A DNA stretch of 64,000 nucleotides from Escherichia coli (GTDB lineage: Bacteria > Pseudomonadota > Gammaproteobacteria > Enterobacterales > Enterobacteriaceae). The stretch lies in the NCBI RefSeq assembly GCF_044324875.1, contig NZ_CP172185.1; one strand, written 5' to 3'. Within the stretch, counting starts at the first letter, position 1; each line of letters opens with the position of its first letter. The notes beneath the pieces are model-generated. The model saw only the letters and a program-made list of their open reading frames with translations. It did not search any database and was not told the origin of the DNA. This document shows, one piece after another, positions 21,827 through 32,187 of the stretch. A program made the position numbers and the translations under genes.

Positions 21827-23128
21827 TCAGGTGCGTTTTTTGCGACGTTCTGCAATAAAAGTAACCAGAAAAAAAGCACCAATAAGATCAAAAAATCCCA
21901 TGGCGATAAATAGCGGGTTAAAGCCTATTTTGTCAGCAGTAACGCCAATAATCAGTGAGAACAAAAAGCTGGCAATCCATGCGGCTGAACCACGCATTCC
22001 ATTAACAGTGGCCATCTGCCCCTTATCAAAAGATTCAACGACCAGGGCACTTAACATGCAGGAAATTATCTGATGACCAAAACCACCAATGGAGATAAGT
22101 ACAATAGCAATATATGGATTGTCGATAAAAGCAATCACAGCAAGCGAAACCATTAGAAATGCTCCGCTTACAGAGGACGCAATAACAGAATTTACTCTGC
22201 TTAACCCAAACAGACGGGTATAGAGTTTTGTCAGATATCCGCTGGCAATACTTCCTAAATCAGCGCAAAGAAATGGTAACCATGCAAACAGAGCTATTTG
22301 TTTAAGGTCCATGCCATATGCTTTTGCAAGATATAATGGCACCCAAAAGCTCATTACAGCCCATGCTGGCTCTGCCATAAATGCAGGGATAGCGATTCCA
22401 TAAAAGCGTTTATTTTTACTAACTGTTTTTAACGCGGTCAGAAAAGGCATTTTTACCGGAGGAGCTTCGTTATCCTGTCGGATAAAGTTGAGCTCATTTT
22501 TACTTAAGTTTGGGTGCTCTTCTGGTGTGTTATAACACGCCCACCAAAGGAAAACCCAAAGAATTGCAAGTGCACCTGTAAACATAAATGCACCCTGCCA
22601 ACCAAATGACGCATGTGCAAAGTAAATAATTGGTGGTGCAAGCATTGCACCGATAGAAAAACCGACACCCGCCCAGCCAGCAGCAACAGGACGTTCAGAT
22701 TTTGGAAACCACTCACCTATAATTTTTGCATTTGCAGGTGTCGCAGAAGCCTCAGCACCTCCCATGAAAAAACGAAGCAACGCAAGCTGTATCCAGCTTC
22801 CTGCTCCTGCATGCAGAAGACAAGCAATTCCCCATAATGAAGCACAAATCATAAATCCAATCTTGAGCCCAATAACATCAATTAGCCATCCACAAAGTGG
22901 CTGAAAAAGGGTATATGCAAGCTGAAATCCACCAACAATCCAGGAGTATTGTTCAGTTGTAATTCCAAGGCTGTCTTTTAACTCTGGTGCCAAAATACCT
23001 AATGAGTTTCTGGTAATATAATTGACAGTGACACCCATTAGAAAAAGGATTAACATCCACCACCGTAGTTGTCTTATTATTCGACGGTGTTTGCTGACAG
23101 CTATATTATTATTTATATCCTGACTCAT
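21827..23128 (-). CDS. MFS transporter (anion:cation / hexuronate-type subfamily)
   Basis: The ORF runs to 23185, but the likely start is MSQDINNN at 23128, preceded by ggtgggg. Twelve TMS. Possibly aec36. Confidence 0.8.
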   Translation of the reverse strand: MSQDINNNIAVSKHRRIIRQLRWWMLILFLMGVTVNYITRNSLGILAPELKDSLGITTEQYSWIVGGFQLAYTLFQPLCGWLIDVIGLKIGFMICASLWGIACLLHAGAGSWIQLALLRFFMGGAEASATPANAKIIGEWFPKSERPVAAGWAGVGFSIGAMLAPPIIYFAHASFGWQGAFMFTGALAILWVFLWWACYNTPEEHPNLSKNELNFIRQDNEAPPVKMPFLTALKTVSKNKRFYGIAIPAFMAEPAWAVMSFWVPLYLAKAYGMDLKQIALFAWLPFLCADLGSIASGYLTKLYTRLFGLSRVNSVIASSVSGAFLMVSLAVIAFIDNPYIAIVLISIGGFGHQIISCMLSALVVESFDKGQMATVNGMRGSAAWIASFLFSLIIGVTADKIGFNPLFIAMGFFDLIGAFFLVTFIAERRKKRT

Positions 23129-23389
23129 AATCACCCCACCGGATGTAATAAATGATCGAGCGACAACGCAGCTCGGGGTTGCCACATCCCACTTTACCTT
23201 TCGGCTTAATACTTAAACCGGAACTACTCATTCACAATAAAAGAGGGGGGCGATGAAAAAAAGTTGGTATTGTGCACGTTTTTTCATAAGTAGTTCATAT
23301 AAATTCTAAAAATAGTCAGAAGTCCTTGCAGTCAGGCTATTCCATCCCATGAGAATTTTTTCATTTTGAAATTAGAGATAGATCACAAT

Positions 23390-24460
23390 ATGGAAAAAAA
23401 ACTAAAGATTGCTGATATTGCCATGCGAACAGGCCTTTCATCCAGCACCGTGTCACGGGTTTTAGCGGGTAAAGCTAATACCAGTTATCGTGCCCGCGAG
23501 AAAGTATTGGCGTGTGCCAGAGAGCTTGGGGTTATGGATGGAATGGCATCCGGCCGTATGTTGTTAAACAACCTTGTCATTTTTGCTCCTCAACGGGCTT
23601 TTGATGAGCGAACAGACATTTTTTATTTCCGCGTAATCCAAAGCATCAGCAAGGCATTATCGCATTATGAGGTTCGGTTGCGTTACTGTGCCCTTGATGA
23701 GTTCGATAGTACACCTTCAAAATTCCTGGCGCGCATGAATGAGGCAGAAACACAGGCTGCAATATTGCTTGGTATTGATGATCCTCATATACATGATCTT
23801 GCAGCAGATTTTTCTAAGCCGTGCGTAATGATTAACTGCCATGATCGACGTATGCGTCTTCCCACAGTTGCTCCAGATCACAAAAACATTGGTGCTTTTG
23901 CGTCTCACTTTCTGTTTGAAATGGGGCATCGCAGAGTAATGAACATTATGTGTTTACGTCGATACACAATGGAACTGCGACTTGCCGGAATTAAAGAAGC
24001 ATGGGAGAGACAGAATCAGAACTTTAAAGATGACAGAGATTTACTCACTATTAATAGTTTCAGCGCCAAAGAAGCCGAAGAAAAAGTCGGAGCATGGCTG
24101 GATATGACAGAGAAAAGTATGCTACCGACTGCTTTTTTGGCAAGTGGGGACTTCATTGCTGCAGGTATAATTAACGCTTTAAAAAAACGTAATATACGAG
24201 TGCCACAAGATGTGTCCGTAATGAGTATTGATGGGTTTAATCTGGCTGCAATAGAAGATGTGCCACTTACGGCAGTACATGTACCTCGCGATGAACTGGG
24301 TACTGAAGCGGTACATATGTTACAACAAAGACTTGTACGTCCTGATGCAACTGTTGGTGCATTACTTTTGTATGGGAAACTGGTAATACGAGAATCTGTT
24401 CGCCGTATACGGCCAGGGAAAGAGCCAACTCCGATTAAAGGAGATGGACTGTATGACTGA
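23390..24460 (+). CDS. LacI-family transcriptional regulator, divergent from the MFS-GH31 pair
   Basis: HTH MEKKLKIADIAMRTGLSSSTVSRVLAG followed by a sugar-binding domain. The ORF could alternatively start at 23366. Possibly aec35. Confidence 0.8.
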   Translation: MEKKLKIADIAMRTGLSSSTVSRVLAGKANTSYRAREKVLACARELGVMDGMASGRMLLNNLVIFAPQRAFDERTDIFYFRVIQSISKALSHYEVRLRYCALDEFDSTPSKFLARMNEAETQAAILLGIDDPHIHDLAADFSKPCVMINCHDRRMRLPTVAPDHKNIGAFASHFLFEMGHRRVMNIMCLRRYTMELRLAGIKEAWERQNQNFKDDRDLLTINSFSAKEAEEKVGAWLDMTEKSMLPTAFLASGDFIAAGIINALKKRNIRVPQDVSVMSIDGFNLAAIEDVPLTAVHVPRDELGTEAVHMLQQRLVRPDATVGALLLYGKLVIRESVRRIRPGKEPTPIKGDGLYD

Positions 24461-24857
24461 AACCACAGCCTCTGATTCTTCCGGTCAAGGGAAAATAAGC
24501 GTAATGTTCATCACCAGATTATGTACGATGAGTTTTCCACTGTTTATAGCAATTATCTTGCTAATAACCAGACAGGAGTAACCAGACCAACCGAAAACAC
24601 CGGGAAGGTGATTACCCGCTGGCAGAGGAAATCCGGTTTTTTTTGATGTCAGCCATAACGTGTTTGACAATAAAGCATTATGAAAGGGTGTTAATGAGTC
24701 CATGGGATAATTCATAAAAATAATTTACTGTGTTATCCTTTTCAAAAGAAATATTCAGAAGATAACCCCTGGCTGACAACCAGGGGAAGGGGACATTAAC
24801 AGTGTTATTATTGGTGGATAAATTATTACTTGTGTGCAGGATACACTAATGCAATAT

Positions 24858-25901
24858 CTACTGATACTGTATGCCAGTATGTTTCATGCCTGCCGCTGAA
24901 AACGGCAATATCCAGGGCCAGACATATTCACCATTCATATTTCTGCATTTCTGTACAATTTTTTCAGAAAGCGTCTCATCAATTCTTTCACGCAACTTCT
25001 CCTGCTGTCTTAAAATACTTTCGCATATTTCGAAATCACCTTCCTGCATCAGCATTTCGGCGCATTTAATGATTTCTGCCCGTTCATGCAGCACAGAGGA
25101 ATGATTATAGAGCCAGTTTACAAACAGCAATGCTTCCGGATATTGTCCCCATAATGGTGAGTATGTTGCATAGTAATCTTCTGCCGTATCCAGAGAGCCG
25201 GAGAAGTCATGCCACACAGCAAGTGGAAATGGATGCAGATTTCCGCACAGCATTTCTGCGATGTAAGTGTTTGTGGCAAAGCCATGGCGAAAATCTGTGG
25301 CGGCCTTAACATGTTCCCCGTTCAGAAAATGCAGGAGACCGAGTTCATACCAGTAAGGTGAAAATTCATCAGCATGCTCTTTCAGTACACTGAAGGCTCG
25401 CTCATGATCGCCGGTGCGTAACAGCTCTGAACCCAACAACCAGCGAGCCCCCTGATTATCTTCAGGATTGTATGCCAGTATTTTATCAGTGAGCATAACC
25501 GCATCCTGATGGCGCTGTAAGTGCACATTTGCGAGAATTGCTGCATAAAGCGCGCGCAGATAAGGCCGGTTTTCGGGATGCATCCAGATTATTTCACCAC
25601 AGAAACTTTCCGGGATGATACGATTACCTGCCGCCAGTCCTTTAAGAGCGGCGTTCAGTGCCTTACGCGGGGCATTCTGTTCCAGAAATGCATATGCCAG
25701 ATGAGCGTGTATATCAATAAAATCCGGCTCCCGTTGAGCAAGGCGTCGGAGTTTGTTGATGTAACTCGTCTCGCTGATTTCATCAGCGTCGTATGCATCA
25801 AGCACTTCTTCAAACTCCCCCAGCAATGGGCCAAACCAGGTATCCGGAAATACGAAATAACCCTGGTTATCGTGCACTTCAAAGCATAATCTATCGTTCA
25901 T
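24858..25901 (-). CDS. Hypothetical protein with TPR-like helical repeats
   Basis: 347-aa ORF, mostly alpha-helical repeat-like, with no recognisable catalytic motif. Lies between the integrase and the carbohydrate module. Confidence 0.55.
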   Translation of the reverse strand: MNDRLCFEVHDNQGYFVFPDTWFGPLLGEFEEVLDAYDADEISETSYINKLRRLAQREPDFIDIHAHLAYAFLEQNAPRKALNAALKGLAAGNRIIPESFCGEIIWMHPENRPYLRALYAAILANVHLQRHQDAVMLTDKILAYNPEDNQGARWLLGSELLRTGDHERAFSVLKEHADEFSPYWYELGLLHFLNGEHVKAATDFRHGFATNTYIAEMLCGNLHPFPLAVWHDFSGSLDTAEDYYATYSPLWGQYPEALLFVNWLYNHSSVLHERAEIIKCAEMLMQEGDFEICESILRQQEKLRERIDETLSEKIVQKCRNMNGEYVWPWILPFSAAGMKHTGIQYQ

Positions 25902-26220
25902 TTTCTGAGCCTGTAAAACATGTGGTGATATAGTCTGAGAGCATAAAAGTTGAGATTCTGTGTATCAAGTCCTGTCTTGGCACTGAATGAATATTGCTTA
26001 CAAAGCCCCTTCATGCTTTCCTTGAGAACAATAATTTTATCTTTATGTGAATCTCATTTTTTATAATGATGTCAGATGATTGAAATGCTAAATTATATCT
26101 GAATCAACTTTTCCTTTGCTAAAGGTATCGAAATAACTGCAAGGCTGTATTTTGTAATTGCCAATTTTAAAATGTCAATTTGCTTTTAATTATGTTTTTG
26201 TAATAAGTTTGAAGACGCAA

Positions 26221-26265
26221 AAAATAATATAATAACAAAAATCCTCCAGCCTTGTAGGCCAGAGG
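26221..26265 (-). terminator. Probable rho-independent terminator downstream of int
   Basis: Minus-strand hairpin cctctggcctacaaggctggagg followed by a U-rich tract (atttttgttattatatt). Confidence 0.5.
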
Positions 26266-26311
26266 ATAAAATACTTAATTGAGGAAAACATCAGGGAAAA
26301 GTATTTTTGAC

Positions 26312-27496
26312 TTAACTTTCCCGGCTGGAGAGTGAATCAATGTAATCAGCGTACCATTGCATCATTTCACGGCGGCCATCGAGATACAGGGCATGATTAT
26401 AGGTACCCCTGATGGAATTTTTATCCACATGAGCTAACTGCATTTCAATCCAGGCGGAATTAAAGCCTTGTTCATGCAGAATTGTACTCATGGTGTGTCT
26501 GAAACCGTGCCCTGTGAGTCTTCCCTTATATCCAAGTAATTCAATTACTTGGTTAATGCTTTCCTTACTAATTGGTTTGCGGGGATCATTTCTACCGATA
26601 AAGACTAGGGGATGATGTTTTGAGATTGGTTCAAGCTGCTTAAATAGCATAATGACCTGCTCAGAGAGCGGCACAATATGAGGTCGCTTCATCTTCATTA
26701 CTTCTGCCGGGATCTCCCACAATTTTGTCTCAAAATCGATATCTTCCCAGCGTGCAAAACGCAGTTCTTGTGTTCGTACGCCGGTTAACATAATGATCTG
26801 AGTAGCTGTCTTAGTGATTATACTTCCGGTATAACCCGCCAGATCGTTGAGGAAGTGGGGAAGTTCATTAGCAGTAAGAAAGGGAAAATGTACTTTTTTC
26901 GGTGTAGCTAAAGCACTGGCAAGATCGGGGGCTGGGTTATAGTCTGCCCGGCCAGTAACAATTGCATAGCGGAACACCTCACCACAGCGCTGGCGGACCT
27001 TGCGCATTTTCTCCAGAGCTCCACGTTTTTCCATTTTACGCAGTGCTTCCAGTAACTCCATTGGTTTGATTTCGGCAATAGGGCGCTTGCCAATGTAGGG
27101 AAAAATGTCTTTTTCAAAGGTATCAATGATTTCATCACGATAGCGTAATGACCACCGATCGGCTTTTGACTGGTGCCATTCGCGAGCAATAGCCTCGAAC
27201 GTATTTTGCAGACTCATTTGCTGCGCGATTTTTTCTTCCTTTTTTGCCTCCCCTGGATCGCCTCCAGCAGCGAGGAGTTTCCTGGCTTCACTGCGTTTCT
27301 CGCGAGCATCGGCTAGCGTTACATCGGGGTATACGCCAATAGAAAGCATCTTTTCTTTACCAGCAAAGCGGTACTTCATGCGCCAGTATTTAGAACCATT
27401 AGTGTTAATCAGTAGATACATACCGCCGCCATCAGCAAGCTTATAGGGTTTGTCTTTGGGTTTTGCGGTTTTCACTTTGATATCGGTTAATGCCAT
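26312..27496 (-). CDS. int: P4-family tyrosine integrase of the selC island
   Basis: 394 aa starting MALTDIKVKTAKPKDKPYKLADGGGMYLLI; the C-terminal catalytic region has the R...HxxR...Y pattern. Located ~300 bp downstream of the tRNA 3' end. Confidence 0.9.
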   Translation of the reverse strand: MALTDIKVKTAKPKDKPYKLADGGGMYLLINTNGSKYWRMKYRFAGKEKMLSIGVYPDVTLADAREKRSEARKLLAAGGDPGEAKKEEKIAQQMSLQNTFEAIAREWHQSKADRWSLRYRDEIIDTFEKDIFPYIGKRPIAEIKPMELLEALRKMEKRGALEKMRKVRQRCGEVFRYAIVTGRADYNPAPDLASALATPKKVHFPFLTANELPHFLNDLAGYTGSIITKTATQIIMLTGVRTQELRFARWEDIDFETKLWEIPAEVMKMKRPHIVPLSEQVIMLFKQLEPISKHHPLVFIGRNDPRKPISKESINQVIELLGYKGRLTGHGFRHTMSTILHEQGFNSAWIEMQLAHVDKNSIRGTYNHALYLDGRREMMQWYADYIDSLSSRES

Positions 27497-27794
27497 GACA
27501 TCCTCCGGCTTTTGATGAATTCATGTTCCTGAGGGGGATTTCTGCCAGTAACTAACCTGATACCCCCAATACACCCCTTGTATAACAAAGATGTTGTTAA
27601 AAGCCGTTGTTATATATCATATTTTTCCTATTATGGGGGTGCTGGTATTTCAATAGGAAATAACACCCCCTAAAGTACCCCCAAAAGAAACTTGATACGG
27701 GGTGAAGTAGGTTGACCTCTGGATACAAATAAATACTGATATACAAGGGATTAGAAGAGATTTATTGACATTGGGAGAGTTCAGAAGAGGTAAA

Positions 27795-27889
27795 CTGGCG
27801 GAAGATCACAGGAGTCGAACCTGCCCGGGACCGCTGGCGGCCCCAACTGGATTTGAAGTCCAGCCGCCTCACCGGAGACGACGATCTTC
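27795..27889 (-). tRNA. selC: tRNA-Sec (selC)
   Basis: The reverse complement matches the E. coli selC sequence GGAAGATCGTCGTCTCCGGTGAGGCGGCTGGACTTCAAATCCAGTTGGGGCCGCCAGCGGTCCCGGGCAGGTTCGACTCCTGTGATCTTCCGCCA (95 nt). Confidence 0.95.
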
Positions 27890-28182
27890 CGCGCCTCGAT
27901 TGCTACATGGAGGCGGGGCGCATTATAGCTACTTCCTTGAGTTTCTACATCCCCCAGATCAGTTTTTTCCGCCTAATACACGCAGCGTATTATCACGGAA
28001 GCATTATAATTCATATAAAACCCATATTTTACAATGATATATGAGCGGAATTAACGCTACCACGATCACATAAAACAAGAATCATAAATTAATAACCAGA
28101 TATCGGAATATTCGCTCTCACAGGGATGGTTTACAAAATGCGTTATCGGTCTCAGCACCCCTATAGCATCAAGGAAAAGCAG

Positions 28183-29565
28183 ATGAAGAGTGAAGTGTTG
28201 TCCGTTAAAGAGAAAATTGGTTATGGCATGGGAGACGCCGCCAGCCACATTATTTTCGATAACGTAATGTTATATATGATGTTCTTTTATACCGATATTT
28301 TTGGCATTCCTGCCGGATTTGTCGGAACTATGTTTTTGGTCGCTCGTGCACTGGATGCGATTTCCGATCCTTGCATGGGGTTGTTGGCCGATCGAGCGCG
28401 CTCTCGCTGGGGTAAATTTCGTCCGTGGGTACTGTTTGGCGCACTGCCATTTGGGATCGTCTGTGTACTGGCCTATAGCACGCCAGATCTCAGTATGAAC
28501 GGAAAAATGATTTATGCAGCAATTACTTACACCCTACTTACCTTACTTTATACCATCGTTAATATCCCTTACTGCGCATTGGGTGGTGTAATCACCAATG
28601 ACCCGACTCAGCGTATCTCGCTGCAATCCTGGCGTTTTGTGCTGGCGACCGCGGGAGGCATGCTCTCTACTGTGCTGATGATGCCGCTGGTTAATTTAAT
28701 TGGTGGTGATAATAAACCACTCGGTTTCCAGGGCGGTATCGCGGTCCTTTCCGTGGTGGCATTCATGATGCTGGCATTTTGTTTCTTTACCACTAAAGAA
28801 CGCGTTGAAGCACCACCTACAACGACGTCTATGCGGGAAGATTTACGTGATATCTGGCAAAACGATCAGTGGCGGATTGTCGGTTTACTGACCATTTTCA
28901 ATATTCTGGCGGTGTGCGTACGCGGCGGGGCGATGATGTATTACGTCACATGGATTTTGGGTACGCCGGAAGTGTTTGTCGCTTTTCTTACCACTTATTG
29001 CGTGGGTAACCTGATTGGTTCCGCACTGGCGAAACCGCTGACCGACTGGAAATGTAAAGTCACTATCTTCTGGTGGACGAACGCCCTGCTGGCAGTGATT
29101 AGCCTCGCGATGTTCTTTGTTCCTATGCAGGCCAGCATCACTATGTTTGTCTTCATCTTCGTGATTGGTGTGTTGCATCAACTGGTGACACCTATCCAGT
29201 GGGTAATGATGTCCGATACCGTCGACTACGGCGAGTGGTGCAATGGTAAACGCCTGACCGGGATCAGTTTTGCTGGCACGCTGTTTGTGCTCAAGCTGGG
29301 GTTGGCCTTCGGCGGCGCTCTTATCGGCTGGATGCTGGCTTATGGCGGATATGATGCGGCAGAAAAAGCGCAGAACAGCGCCACGATTAGCATCATTATC
29401 GCGCTATTCACGATTGTTCCGGCGATCTGTTATTTGCTGAGCGCGATTATCGCTAAACGCTACTACTCACTCACGACGCACAATCTGAAAACCGTTATGG
29501 AACAGCTGGCTCAGGGCAAACGCCGTTGCCAGCAACAATTCACCTCTCAAAATGTGCAGAACTAA
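28183..29565 (+). CDS. yicJ: GPH-family glycoside/pentoside/hexuronide:cation symporter
   Basis: 460 aa starting MKSEVLSVKEKIGYGMGDAASHIIFDN, matching K-12 YicJ. Confidence 0.9.
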   Translation: MKSEVLSVKEKIGYGMGDAASHIIFDNVMLYMMFFYTDIFGIPAGFVGTMFLVARALDAISDPCMGLLADRARSRWGKFRPWVLFGALPFGIVCVLAYSTPDLSMNGKMIYAAITYTLLTLLYTIVNIPYCALGGVITNDPTQRISLQSWRFVLATAGGMLSTVLMMPLVNLIGGDNKPLGFQGGIAVLSVVAFMMLAFCFFTTKERVEAPPTTTSMREDLRDIWQNDQWRIVGLLTIFNILAVCVRGGAMMYYVTWILGTPEVFVAFLTTYCVGNLIGSALAKPLTDWKCKVTIFWWTNALLAVISLAMFFVPMQASITMFVFIFVIGVLHQLVTPIQWVMMSDTVDYGEWCNGKRLTGISFAGTLFVLKLGLAFGGALIGWMLAYGGYDAAEKAQNSATISIIIALFTIVPAICYLLSAIIAKRYYSLTTHNLKTVMEQLAQGKRRCQQQFTSQNVQN

Positions 29566-29574
29566 GGAACGGCA

Positions 29575-31893
29575 ATGAAAATTAGCGACGGAAACTGGTT
29601 GATTCAACCTGGCCTCAATTTGATTCACCCGCTTCAGGTGTTCGAGGTTGAACAGCAGGGTAATGAAATGGTGGTCTATGCTGCCCCTCGTGATGTGCGT
29701 GAACGTACCTGGCAGCTTGATACGCCTTTATTTACGCTGCGCTTTTTCTCCCCACAGGAAGGTATTGTCGGTGTACGGATTGAGCATTTTCAGGGGGCGC
29801 TGAATAACGGTCCTCATTACCCGCTCAATATTTTGCAGGACGTGAAGGTCACAATCGAAAACACAGAACGTTACGCTGAGTTTAAAAGTGGCAACTTAAG
29901 TGCGCGTGTCAGCAAAGGTGAGTTCTGGTCACTGGATTTTCTGCGTAACGGCGAACGTATTACCGGTAGTCAGGTGAAAAATAATGGCTACGTGCAGGAC
30001 ACGAATAATCAACGAAATTATATGTTTGAGCGGCTGGATCTTGGCGTTGGCGAAACAGTTTACGGTCTGGGAGAGCGCTTTACTGCGCTGGTGCGCAATG
30101 GCCAGACGGTAGAGACCTGGAACCGGGACGGCGGCACAAGTACTGAACAGGCGTATAAAAATATCCCGTTCTATATGACTAACCGTGGCTATGGGGTACT
30201 GGTCAATCATCCTCAATGCGTCTCTTTTGAAGTGGGATCGGAGAAAGTCTCCAAAGTGCAGTTCAGCGTTGAGAGTGAATATCTCGAATACTTTGTTATC
30301 GACGGCCCGACGCCGAAAGCGGTACTTGATCGTTATACCCGTTTTACTGGTCGTCCGGCGCTGCCGCCCGCGTGGTCCTTCGGCCTGTGGCTAACCACTT
30401 CATTTACCACCAACTACGACGAAGCGACGGTAAACAGTTTTATCGATGGTATGGCGGAACGCAATCTGCCACTGCATGTTTTCCACTTTGACTGTTTCTG
30501 GATGAAAGCCTTCCAGTGGTGCGATTTTGAGTGGGACCCGCTGACTTTCCCGGACCCGGAAGGGATGATCCGCCGCCTGAAAGCGAAAGGGCTAAAAATC
30601 TGCGTCTGGATTAACCCCTATATCGGGCAAAAATCCCCTGTCTTTAAAGAGTTACAAGAGAAAGGCTATTTACTCAAACGCCCGGACGGTTCGTTATGGC
30701 AGTGGGATAAATGGCAGCCAGGTCTGGCGATTTATGACTTTACCAATCCGGATGCCTGCAAATGGTACGCCGACAAACTGAAAGGTCTGGTCGCGATGGG
30801 CGTTGATTGCTTTAAGACCGACTTTGGCGAACGTATTCCAACCGATGTTCAGTGGTTTGACGGTTCCGATCCGCAGAAAATGCATAACCATTATGCGTAC
30901 ATCTACAACGAACTGGTGTGGAAAGTGCTCAAGGAAACCGTTGGCGAGGAAGAAGCCGTCTTGTTTGCTCGCTCGGCCTCCGTTGGTGCGCAGAAATTCC
31001 CGGTACACTGGGGTGGTGACTGTTACGCTAACTACGAATCAATGGCGGAAAGCCTGCGCGGTGGTTTGTCTATTGGCCTTTCAGGTTTTGGTTTCTGGAG
31101 CCACGATATCGGCGGCTTTGAGAATACCGCGCCGGCGCACGTTTACAAACGCTGGTGCGCGTTTGGTTTGCTCTCCAGCCATAGCCGTTTACACGGCAGC
31201 AAATCTTATCGTGTGCCGTGGGCCTACGATGATGAGTCCTGTGATGTGGTGCGCTTCTTCACGCAACTGAAATGCCGCATGATGCCGTATCTGTATCGTG
31301 AAGCTGCTCGTGCGAACGCGCGGGGTACGCCGATGATGCGGGCCATGATGATGGAGTTTCCGGACGATCCGGCTTGTGATTACCTTGACCGTCAATACAT
31401 GTTAGGCGACAACGTGATGGTTGCGCCTGTGTTCACTGAATCGGGCGATGTGCAGTTCTACTTGCCTGAAGGTCGCTGGACACACCTGTGGCACAACGAT
31501 GAACTCGATGGTAGTCGCTGGCATAAACAGCAGCACAGCTTCCTGAGTCTGCCCGTTTATGTGCGTGATAACACCCTACTGGCGCTGGGCAACAACGAGC
31601 AACGTCCCGATTACGCGTGGCACGAAGGCACGGCATTCCAGCTCTTTAATCTACAAGACGGGCATGAAGCCATCTGTGAAGTGCCCGCTGCTGACGGTTC
31701 CGTTCTTTTCACCCTGAAAGCGGCGCGTACTGGCAACACGATTACTGTGACTGGTGCGGGCGAGGCGAAGAACTGGACACTGTGCTTGCGCAATATTGTG
31801 AAAGTAAATGGTCTGCAAGGTGGTTCGCAGGCTGAAAGTGAGCAGGGACTGGTGGTGACTCCTCAAGGGAATGCGCTGACAATTACGTTGTAA
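29575..31893 (+). CDS. yicI: GH31 alpha-xylosidase
   Basis: 772 aa starting [25 protein letters not shown] with the catalytic region KTDFGE; matches K-12 YicI. Confidence 0.95.
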   Translation: MKISDGNWLIQPGLNLIHPLQVFEVEQQGNEMVVYAAPRDVRERTWQLDTPLFTLRFFSPQEGIVGVRIEHFQGALNNGPHYPLNILQDVKVTIENTERYAEFKSGNLSARVSKGEFWSLDFLRNGERITGSQVKNNGYVQDTNNQRNYMFERLDLGVGETVYGLGERFTALVRNGQTVETWNRDGGTSTEQAYKNIPFYMTNRGYGVLVNHPQCVSFEVGSEKVSKVQFSVESEYLEYFVIDGPTPKAVLDRYTRFTGRPALPPAWSFGLWLTTSFTTNYDEATVNSFIDGMAERNLPLHVFHFDCFWMKAFQWCDFEWDPLTFPDPEGMIRRLKAKGLKICVWINPYIGQKSPVFKELQEKGYLLKRPDGSLWQWDKWQPGLAIYDFTNPDACKWYADKLKGLVAMGVDCFKTDFGERIPTDVQWFDGSDPQKMHNHYAYIYNELVWKVLKETVGEEEAVLFARSASVGAQKFPVHWGGDCYANYESMAESLRGGLSIGLSGFGFWSHDIGGFENTAPAHVYKRWCAFGLLSSHSRLHGSKSYRVPWAYDDESCDVVRFFTQLKCRMMPYLYREAARANARGTPMMRAMMMEFPDDPACDYLDRQYMLGDNVMVAPVFTESGDVQFYLPEGRWTHLWHNDELDGSRWHKQQHSFLSLPVYVRDNTLLALGNNEQRPDYAWHEGTAFQLFNLQDGHEAICEVPAADGSVLFTLKAARTGNTITVTGAGEAKNWTLCLRNIVKVNGLQGGSQAESEQGLVVTPQGNALTITL

Positions 31894-32187
31894 TCTATTG
31901 AAGAATGCCGGATACGAATGGTTTTGTGTCGTATCCGGTAAATAATCTCACATCTGGTAATAAATATTTCTTCCATCGTATTTGCGAGCATGATCACGAT
32001 TATTCATCACGAAAATGTGATCTGTGCCGAAAAATATCTATTAACCGCCCCGTTTTGTTTTATACATGTCCGGACTACGGACAGATTTTAGTATTGTTGT
32101 GAAATTATTCTGCTTTATATTTACCCTCAGAGATGGCAACTGAAGCTCTTCCACATGGGGCTTCTTAATCTGTGATAAGGGTAAAAA

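Noticed and set aside
27765-28044. Two plus-strand ORFs (63 and 90 aa) overlapping selC and its upstream region
   Set aside because: They overlap the tRNA gene on the opposite strand and the tRNA promoter region. No ribosome-binding site and no conservation signal. Spurious.
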